IMG/VR virus record: IMGVR_UViG_3300049460_000128
Coordinates: 232,595 to 296,594 of that record
Length of the DNA stretch: 64,000 nt
Direction: 5' to 3' (one strand)
Every line of letters begins with the position of its first letter. The stretch's first letter is position 1. The notes under the pieces were generated by a model. The model saw only the letters and a program-made list of their open reading frames with translations, was not told the DNA's origin and did not search any database. Of this stretch, positions 57,411 to 64,000 are shown piece by piece. Made by a program: the position numbers and the translations under genes.

Positions 57411-58211
57411 TTACTTGACGTCGTCGCCGTACAGGTCCAGGACCGCAGCTACGATTGGATGACGCTCGATGTCGCCGTTGGCAAACTTGATGACCGTAAT
57501 GCCATCAATACCATCGGATTCAGCCAAGCGATCAGTGAAGTCTTTCAGGCCGTTCTTCTCAAAACCGCGATCGTGCTGGTTGATGTCGCCAGTAACAATC
57601 ATTTTGCAACCCTGCGAAATACGGGTCAGAACCATCTTCACCTGAGATGGAGTACAGTTTTGCGATTCGTCCAGAATGACAACGCAATCCTTAAGGTTAC
57701 GACCACGCATGTAAGCGAGTGGTGCAATCTCAATTTGCTCGTCAATCAGCATTTGTTCAATTTGTTGCGGACGGTAGTATTCCTTAAACACGTCCATGAT
57801 TGGAATAACCCATGGGGCCAATTTTTCCACCAACGTACCCGGCAAGAATCCGTGTTGCTCGTCAACACTTACTGCTGGACGCGAGATGATGATCTTCTTA
57901 ATCATGCCTGCTTTGAAAGCCTTGATAGCATACTGTGTTGCCAACAAGGTTTTACCTGTACCAGCTGGTCCCATCGCGAATACAATTGACTGGTTGTTGT
58001 CAGTCAAGGCTTTGATGTATTTCTCTTGGGTCAGATTGCGTGGGATCAGGTCAACATTCTTACGCTTCGGATTTGCACGTTCGAACTCGTATTGTTCTTG
58101 TGCCATCCGGTCGTGATTCGACTGTTGCAGGAATTGATTACGATCATTACGATCTACGCGAGAATTGGACTTATCGCCAGTCCGTTTCATTCTTTCTTCT
58201 CTTTTGGCCAA
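57411..58211 (-). CDS. phoH: PhoH-like ATPase
   Basis: GPAGTGKT, GFLPGTL, LAYMRGR, ILDESQN, GDINQHD, RHPIV. Confidence 0.95.
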   Translation of the reverse strand: MAKREERMKRTGDKSNSRVDRNDRNQFLQQSNHDRMAQEQYEFERANPKRKNVDLIPRNLTQEKYIKALTDNNQSIVFAMGPAGTGKTLLATQYAIKAFKAGMIKKIIISRPAVSVDEQHGFLPGTLVEKLAPWVIPIMDVFKEYYRPQQIEQMLIDEQIEIAPLAYMRGRNLKDCVVILDESQNCTPSQVKMVLTRISQGCKMIVTGDINQHDRGFEKNGLKDFTDRLAESDGIDGITVIKFANGDIERHPIVAAVLDLYGDDVK

Positions 58212-58277
58212 TTCAGCCTCCTAAAGGACGTTATGTGTCTGTGTGCCTGCTACCAAGGAAAGGTGTAGTCAGGCGGG

Positions 58278-58748
58278 TTAGTTTTTAGTTTTCACTGCCT
58301 GGCCCGCGCCATCTTTTCGCTCCGATTTGGTGAGATTGTCGAGTTCATCATTGATCATGGTATCAAGCCGTACATTAATCAGACGAAGTACCTTGTTGCC
58401 AATTTCCGCTGCTGCTGGAGATTCGGCAATTGCTTGGGTCACGTAGCCAGCTGCCATCATATAGGCTGTACGTTGAGAAGGGATTAGGATCGCACAGGCA
58501 GCCGCGATAACTGCATATGACACAAAGCGTTTGACAAAGCCCATAAACCGAGTGGCGGCGTGAAAAACTAACATTTCACCCGAGCCATCTGATTTGTTAC
58601 TCTTACTCACGGTTGCATTCGGCCCCGCATCAACCCATGCCATGAAATATACCACAGCCAATACCAGGAAGGCCACACCTGTAATGATGGCGGCAACCTT
58701 GATAGAGTCGAGGAATTGAATCAGGTAGATAATAAATGCAAGTGTCAT
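58278..58748 (-). CDS. Membrane protein
   Basis: RBS AAAGGA; ILIPSQRTAYMMAAGY; late promoter at 58768-74. Confidence 0.75.
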   Translation of the reverse strand: MTLAFIIYLIQFLDSIKVAAIITGVAFLVLAVVYFMAWVDAGPNATVSKSNKSDGSGEMLVFHAATRFMGFVKRFVSYAVIAAACAILIPSQRTAYMMAAGYVTQAIAESPAAAEIGNKVLRLINVRLDTMINDELDNLTKSERKDGAGQAVKTKN

Positions 58749-58809
58749 TTGTGTTCCTTTATAAGAGTATTTATTAATCGGCAAGGTTCATCATTCCTTG
58801 CCGATTCTG

Positions 58810-59178
58810 TTAACCGCCGACGTTAATGTCTTTGATATCAGTTTGTGCTTTTTCGTAAGCCTTACGTTCCATCCAGATCGATACCGCTTCGCTGATCTGT
58901 TTCTTGTACTTGCCCATGAAGTGAGTCAGCACCTCTTCGTCAGTGGTATTGGCCTTCAAGCCATTACGAACGACCTTTGCTTCCATCACATCAATGATCA
59001 CAGTCGCATAGGTGGTATGCTTGTCCGTAACACGATCAACCACAGTCATCTCTTCCAGAGTCTGCCAACCAGCACGGTCAGCCCAACCCTTCTGTTCAGT
59101 ACGTGCGCCTGGTGCTGGGCGATAACGATTGGTAATCACCACAAATGGGCGCTTGGACAGATAATTTTTGTTGTACAT
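58810..59178 (-). CDS. Conserved hypothetical protein
   Basis: RBS AAGGA before MYNKNYLSKRPF. Confidence 0.75.
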   Translation of the reverse strand: MYNKNYLSKRPFVVITNRYRPAPGARTEQKGWADRAGWQTLEEMTVVDRVTDKHTTYATVIIDVMEAKVVRNGLKANTTDEEVLTHFMGKYKKQISEAVSIWMERKAYEKAQTDIKDINVGG

Positions 59179-59219
59179 ATGTTTCCTTGTTTTTGGGTGG
59201 CACGACGGCCACCGGTCGT

Positions 59220-60137
59220 TTAAATCATGCAGAGCTTGCACAGGGTTGCAGCCAAATTGATCTCGATGTCAGCAACCAGAGTATGGTTAACCAATCCATC
59301 ACGAATAATCAACAGGGCTTCATTTTGTTTCGATTCTTCCGCTCCCCAAACTTCCAGATTTTTGTACAGGAAACGGTAAATCTCCGTGTACTCGTCTGGA
59401 GCTGCTTGGGCAACCACCAACTTACGACCCTCAGTGAAGCGGCCAGCCTGGAACAGGGCGACCATTTCCAGCAAGTAGTCTTTACCACCAGAATCTTTGG
59501 TTTGCGGAATTGTCAGCTTGCCATCAACTACACTTTGTTGAATGAGGTTGATACTCTTACGCAAATCCGGATAAGCCATCGACACAAACACATCCAGATG
59601 CTCAACCTCAAAGGTCACATTCTCGTTGTAGAGAATCTCAGCAAGACGGACAGTGAAGTCAGTCACATCGAGTGCATCAAAATGGAAACTTTGGCAACGG
59701 CTATGAATTGGAGGAATGATTTTGTTGGCCGCGTTGACGGTGAAAATGAAGCGAACACTTTCGTGATATTGCTCCATCATACCAAGCAAAATACGCTGAG
59801 CCAGCGGCGTCATAACCTGAGCTTCGTCAAGCAATACATACTTCATATCGCCCAATGCCCAAGTGGTGCAGAAGTTCAAAATCTTGTTGGCAACCACGTC
59901 AGGGTCACGTTCGCGCGAGGCATTGATCTCCAGAATGTCACCAGTGTGAACCTTCATGAGCTTCAATACCATCTTGGCTAAACTGGTTTTACCAGTACCC
60001 TGAATACCACCAAGGATCAAATGCGGCACAGAGCCGTCTTCAATCCATTTTTCGACCTTTGCACGCTGGTTAGGGTCACGCCATACGTATTCATTCAGGG
60101 CTTGTGGGCGGTATGCTTCGGTCCAAAGTTTAGTCAT
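59220..60137 (-). CDS. Clamp loader small subunit (RFC/gp44-like)
   Basis: LWTEAYRP, GIQGTGKT, EINAS, LLDEA, IHSRC motifs. Confidence 0.93.
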   Translation of the reverse strand: MTKLWTEAYRPQALNEYVWRDPNQRAKVEKWIEDGSVPHLILGGIQGTGKTSLAKMVLKLMKVHTGDILEINASRERDPDVVANKILNFCTTWALGDMKYVLLDEAQVMTPLAQRILLGMMEQYHESVRFIFTVNAANKIIPPIHSRCQSFHFDALDVTDFTVRLAEILYNENVTFEVEHLDVFVSMAYPDLRKSINLIQQSVVDGKLTIPQTKDSGGKDYLLEMVALFQAGRFTEGRKLVVAQAAPDEYTEIYRFLYKNLEVWGAEESKQNEALLIIRDGLVNHTLVADIEINLAATLCKLCMI

Positions 60138-60148
60138 GTTTGTAGTTC

Positions 60149-60493
60149 TTATTGGTTAATTGGCTTGAGTTCTGATGGGAAAATTGGCGATGCAACATCG
60201 ACCGAGTCTGGATAGTCAACACGCCAGATCTTGATCAGGCCTTCGGTAGGGTGTTCAAGTTCCATACCGAAAGTCCAGCGACCATGCTTGACGAGAATCC
60301 ACTCACCAGGCTTGATATCAGTCACGTCCGGACCAACGGCATAAACCTCAGCCCAACGCGAACGAATGCCAGTATCTTTCATGTTGTCGTCGAGAATAAA
60401 AATACCACCCGCTGACTTACGGGCACCGTTTTCCAAATCTCGTACAAAAACGGTGTTGCGCAATGGCTGCAATGTGCCTTTGATTGTTGTCAT
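60149..60493 (-). CDS. groES: GroES-like co-chaperonin
   Basis: LQPLRNTVFV...KSAGGIFIL...VYAVGPDV..IKPGEWILV. Confidence 0.85.
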   Translation of the reverse strand: MTTIKGTLQPLRNTVFVRDLENGARKSAGGIFILDDNMKDTGIRSRWAEVYAVGPDVTDIKPGEWILVKHGRWTFGMELEHPTEGLIKIWRVDYPDSVDVASPIFPSELKPINQ

Positions 60494-60675
60494 GTATATC
60501 TCCTATCTACAGTCATTGTATTTGCCAGTACGGAAGCCGTCAAAATGTAAATCAAATTATTGGGCAAATAGTTCCAATGAAAATGGCAAGCCGAAGCTTG
60601 CCATTCCATTAGTTCGATTCCTCTTACCTAGACTCTCTAGACCAGTGGTGGGTTGATCCTCTCATCGACTGTGGA

Positions 60676-61014
60676 TCATTCGTCATCAGTAACGATACGG
60701 CGCGACTTTGGAGCAACTGCCGCAGCAGCCGCCGCTTTGGCCGCGATGTCTTTTTTAGCTTCCGTTACTGCGTCAGCTGGTGACAGGAACACATCCGGTT
60801 GCAGATCTTTAAGACTTACAGTCTTGACCGCATTCGGATTCTGTTTGTGATACTCTTGGGCTACCTGTTCCTTGCGACGAATAATTGCGCCACCTGGGCC
60901 GATGATGTCTCCGCGGGCGTTCATGCTTGCATTGCCAAGAGCAATCGCATTCTCATTTTGTGCCTGGATTGCGCCGACATCAAGCGTCTTTCCTTTCATA
61001 GTTGTGATTTTCAT
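60676..61014 (-). CDS. Conserved hypothetical protein
   Basis: RBS AAAGGAG; ALGNASMNARGDIIGPGG; late promoter CTAAATA at 61037-43. Confidence 0.78.
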   Translation of the reverse strand: MKITTMKGKTLDVGAIQAQNENAIALGNASMNARGDIIGPGGAIIRRKEQVAQEYHKQNPNAVKTVSLKDLQPDVFLSPADAVTEAKKDIAAKAAAAAAVAPKSRRIVTDDE

Positions 61015-61045
61015 AATCGCTCCTTTCAATACTAACTATTTAGTA

Positions 61046-61576
61046 TTAAGATTCTTTGATGAATTCCGAGATCGGAAGATCGTACTTCAAACTGTCAATA
61101 CGATGAACACCAATCAAAAACAGGCAATATGATGCCACACTACTGCCCCGGCCGACGCCCCACATCACATTGTTGGCCTTGAGGGTCTCAACCATGTATA
61201 GGAGAAGTCGTAGAACGTCATACATGTGATATTTGGCAAACAATTGAAGTTCGGTGTCAACTCTATCAATTTGATCTTTGGTGACACATTTGGCCCGCAA
61301 CCATTGCTCAATATCAATTGACTTATACTCATCAGGCATAAGCCAGTCAGCTTGACGTTCCGCGTGATACTGTTCTGGTGCTATATCCAAAGGAGTATGT
61401 AGCACCAGTTTTTTATTCGCTTTATCAAAGACTTCGCACCAAGTATTGAACTCTTGTGTTGCCACATTATCGTCAACCAATACTTCCTGGTGGTCATGAC
61501 CTTTGTAAAACAGTTCGAGCAATCCTGACTCCATCAAGACTACTCGGCCCCACTCATCAACTCTTTGGTGTGTCAT
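61046..61576 (-). CDS. Stand-alone DNA polymerase III alpha (DnaE) fragment
   Basis: WGVGRGSSVASYCLFLIGVHRIDSLKYDL matches the DnaE GxGRGS..GSL..Y.LGIT.IDP..Y.L region. Confidence 0.85.
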   Translation of the reverse strand: MTHQRVDEWGRVVLMESGLLELFYKGHDHQEVLVDDNVATQEFNTWCEVFDKANKKLVLHTPLDIAPEQYHAERQADWLMPDEYKSIDIEQWLRAKCVTKDQIDRVDTELQLFAKYHMYDVLRLLLYMVETLKANNVMWGVGRGSSVASYCLFLIGVHRIDSLKYDLPISEFIKES

Positions 61577-62270
61577 CTTTACCGCCAGTGATCACTTCCG
61601 GCTTGAATGCAGGCCGCAAAACGATCGGTGTGGCAACTTCGCTTGCCTTATAGCGTTCTTCAATGAAGTTCAAATCTACGCCAATAACTGGCGGTTTGGT
61701 GAGGTCCGCATCTTCTGGAGGGATCACATCCAGAGTCGAACCGTCATTGCGCGCCCACCACGGCTGTGCATGATACCCACGATCACCAATCCATTCTTCC
61801 ATTGGCGGCAACAACATTTCGCCATAGCCCGTAAAGGTGATTTGGAGATTTTCTCGAGTGTCACTCGTTAGTTCCAGAGTACCAAAGTTAACGATGCCAT
61901 TGCCCAGTGCATTCAATTTGCAATGCAGCACGGCGGTCAAGAGGTCGTCGTCCGGTTCGTCGGGTAGAACGATAGGCACATTACCCATACGGGTGTTGCC
62001 TTCATCATCAAACATGATGTCGAGGGCAAATTCATTCTCGCGACAGAACATAACTGAGTTCGACACGATGTAATCGAACCAGAAGTGGATCTTTTCCAAC
62101 GACATCGAAATGTCGCGTTGAGATGCTTCTGGGTCAATATAAACCTCGGCGCGCAAGGTGTTTACGAATGACGTAATTACATTATTGACAATGCGAATGG
62201 TTTTAAACTTGAAACTAATAGAGGTGAAACTTTCCGGGAATTCGGCGTCGTCATCGTCATCAAAATTCAT
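61557..62270 (-). CDS. Conserved acidic hypothetical protein
   Basis: RBS AGGA before MNFDDDD; TATAAATA at 62333-40. Confidence 0.75.
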   Translation of the reverse strand: MNFDDDDDAEFPESFTSISFKFKTIRIVNNVITSFVNTLRAEVYIDPEASQRDISMSLEKIHFWFDYIVSNSVMFCRENEFALDIMFDDEGNTRMGNVPIVLPDEPDDDLLTAVLHCKLNALGNGIVNFGTLELTSDTRENLQITFTGYGEMLLPPMEEWIGDRGYHAQPWWARNDGSTLDVIPPEDADLTKPPVIGVDLNFIEERYKASEVATPIVLRPAFKPEVITGGKDDTPKS

Positions 62271-62348
62271 GTATTCTCTTCCTGAGGTTATGATATTACC
62301 AATTTCAGTAATGTTCTTCACATTACTGAAATTATTTATAAAATCAAT

Positions 62349-62690
62349 TTACTGATCGTTGGATGTTGGTTTGCTTGTACGCTTGGGGATAAAAACAGGA
62401 TGGCTGGACTGTTTCTTATCTTCCTTCGCGGCCACATGCTTAACCGGGCGCACGGCTGTTTCAGGGTCAGTCTCCCGGACCAGACCACTTACTTGACTTG
62501 CACCTTGTTTCTTGTAGACTCGATTCATTTGCTCAAATTGCAGAGTTTCCAACAACGCCTGCAATTGATCCACCATACCAGAGTTGCCAGCATTGTAGTG
62601 AGCAAATACCAACTTACGATGAATCTCCGCAATCTTCTGGAAGATTTCGCTGTCAGTCAAGCCGTCAACATTGAGGCCTGGGAATTCCAT
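62349..62690 (-). CDS. Hypothetical protein
   Basis: Immediately downstream of dut; 113 aa. Confidence 0.75.
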   Translation of the reverse strand: MEFPGLNVDGLTDSEIFQKIAEIHRKLVFAHYNAGNSGMVDQLQALLETLQFEQMNRVYKKQGASQVSGLVRETDPETAVRPVKHVAAKEDKKQSSHPVFIPKRTSKPTSNDQ

Positions 62691-63143
62691 TTAGGCAGTA
62701 CCGGTCGAGTTGAAGCCACCATCAGCACGTACGGTTTCAGTCTCGAAACTGTCGACCACATCAAAGGTGACTTGCACCACAGGGACAATCACCATTTGTG
62801 CAATGCGTTCAAGAGCCTTGATGGTGAATGGAACTGTGCTGCGGTTCCAGCAACTAATGAAGACTTGGCCTTGATAGTCAGAATCGATCAGACCAACAGT
62901 GTTGCCCATGATGATGCCATTTTTGTGGCCCATACCGCTACGAGGCAGGATCATACCTGCGAGGCCTGGGTCTTTAATGTAGATAGAGATGCCTGAAGGA
63001 ATCAGGATGACTTGATTTGGTTCAATTGTGAGATCTGCATCCACGCAAGCACGCAGATCGAAAGCAGCTGAACCAGGAGTACCATACGCTGGTGGTAAGT
63101 CTTTGAGGCGTTCATCAAGAACGCGGAGTTTGATTTGTGACAT
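62691..63143 (-). CDS. dut: Trimeric dUTPase
   Basis: GSAAFDL, ILPRSG, GLIDSDYQG, ERIAQM, RADGGFNSTG. Confidence 0.96.
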   Translation of the reverse strand: MSQIKLRVLDERLKDLPPAYGTPGSAAFDLRACVDADLTIEPNQVILIPSGISIYIKDPGLAGMILPRSGMGHKNGIIMGNTVGLIDSDYQGQVFISCWNRSTVPFTIKALERIAQMVIVPVVQVTFDVVDSFETETVRADGGFNSTGTA

Positions 63144-63224
63144 AAGTCCTCCGTGCCAATACGGCTATTATTGTTATGCCAGTATTGTAGAGGATCAGCC
63201 CGCAAAGCCATAATTAAAACGCTT

Positions 63225-63476
63225 TTACTTCCTGGGGCGGGGAGCCACTATAGAGAGCGCAGGGTTTGAGACCTTATGAGCTTGCCCGCAACTCGTGCAG
63301 TAGAACTCCATGCTCTTGAAAATCATATTGTGGGGATCAAGGTGCGATATGTTACCGCAAGGGCAAGTGATGCTAAACGGCCCTATATACATTTTGGGCT
63401 GCGAACCATCTACATTGTGCTCAACTAGCGGTTTGCTGGTTGGGGGAAATTTGATAACTTTCACGATGTTCTCCAC
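63225..63476 (-). CDS. Zn-ribbon hypothetical protein
   Basis: CPCG and CTSCG; late promoter ATAAATA at 63486-92. Confidence 0.7.
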   Translation of the reverse strand: MENIVKVIKFPPTSKPLVEHNVDGSQPKMYIGPFSITCPCGNISHLDPHNMIFKSMEFYCTSCGQAHKVSNPALSIVAPRPRK

Positions 63477-63858
63477 GTTATCAAATATTTATTAGGTACT
63501 TTCGCGTAACAATATGCTAAGTTTAATGTTATGACAGGTAACATAAGGCAAAATGCAACCTGTAAACAACAAAAAACATTCGTTCTGTTGTGGCACCACA
63601 ACGAAATGAACAAATTTTCTAAAACTATTGACGGCGTCGAGCATTGTGTGTGCCATACATCATTTGTAACATGGCAAAATACCAAAATTTATGGTATTTC
63701 CTTAGTTCACCATAGAGCGCCATACGAACTTAATGTGAATTCTAGAATAATTCTCACGTTCAAAATGTTACAGAATTGTTACTATTAATGCATCAAGCAT
63801 TTTCGCTAAGTCCTTGAAAACATTGAAGTTTTATTGTACACGATCCATAACAAATCGC

Positions 63859-63887
63859 TTGACTATCAAATACCACAAACGTACTAT
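63859..63887 (+). promoter_or_regulatory. sigma70 promoter for a gene starting at 63993
   Basis: TTGACT-17-TACTAT; RBS AAAGGA before ATG 63993 at the window edge. Confidence 0.7.
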
Positions 63888-64000
63888 TGCGATACGGTGA
63901 TGCAACAAATGAAAAGTTTTGTTGGTATCAAGTAGTAGCAGGAGCCAAGTAATACCATGTTTTGATAAACTAACCCATGTAAAGGAAATATCATGCAAGT

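Noticed and set aside
63531-63788. 85-aa plus-strand ORF
   Set aside because: No RBS, AT-rich atypical codons, lies upstream of the promoter at 63859.

Overview
A 64-kb segment of a lytic jumbo myophage genome in standard genetic code. The T4-type late promoters [ACT]TAAATA, rIIA/rIIB, clamp loader, PhoH, dUTPase and a DnaE fragment suggest a GAP32/RAK2/XacN1-like jumbo phage (inference). SmpB, GalU and one tRNA look betaproteobacterial, which hints at the host (recalled similarity, not searched). There are three blocks. (i) 1-19.4 kb, mostly minus strand, late: five to six fibre/structural genes built from shared repeat modules, a spanin pair, DnaJ and ClpA. (ii) 19.5-54.3 kb, plus strand, early/accessory: about 70 mostly small genes under sigma70-type promoters, including 19 of the window's 21 members of a family ending in F-x-D/N-E-x-D-A-x-x-F-x-L. 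This block also holds three WGR-like paralogues, two CAT tRNAs, PspA with a TPR membrane protein, SmpB, HicA-like and Rmf-like ORFs, GalU, rIIA/B and an acetolactate-synthase-like ThDP enzyme. (iii) 54.3-63.5 kb, minus strand: a two-PAS protein with a small membrane protein, then conserved core genes. Best leads: the convergent ThDP-enzyme / PAS-only sensor / holin-like module under T4-style late translational control; the 21-member microprotein family; a TTCAT box regulon in at least 14 promoters; and a set of leaderless genes alongside translation-control factors. No CRISPR array, reverse transcriptase, integrase or tmRNA was seen.
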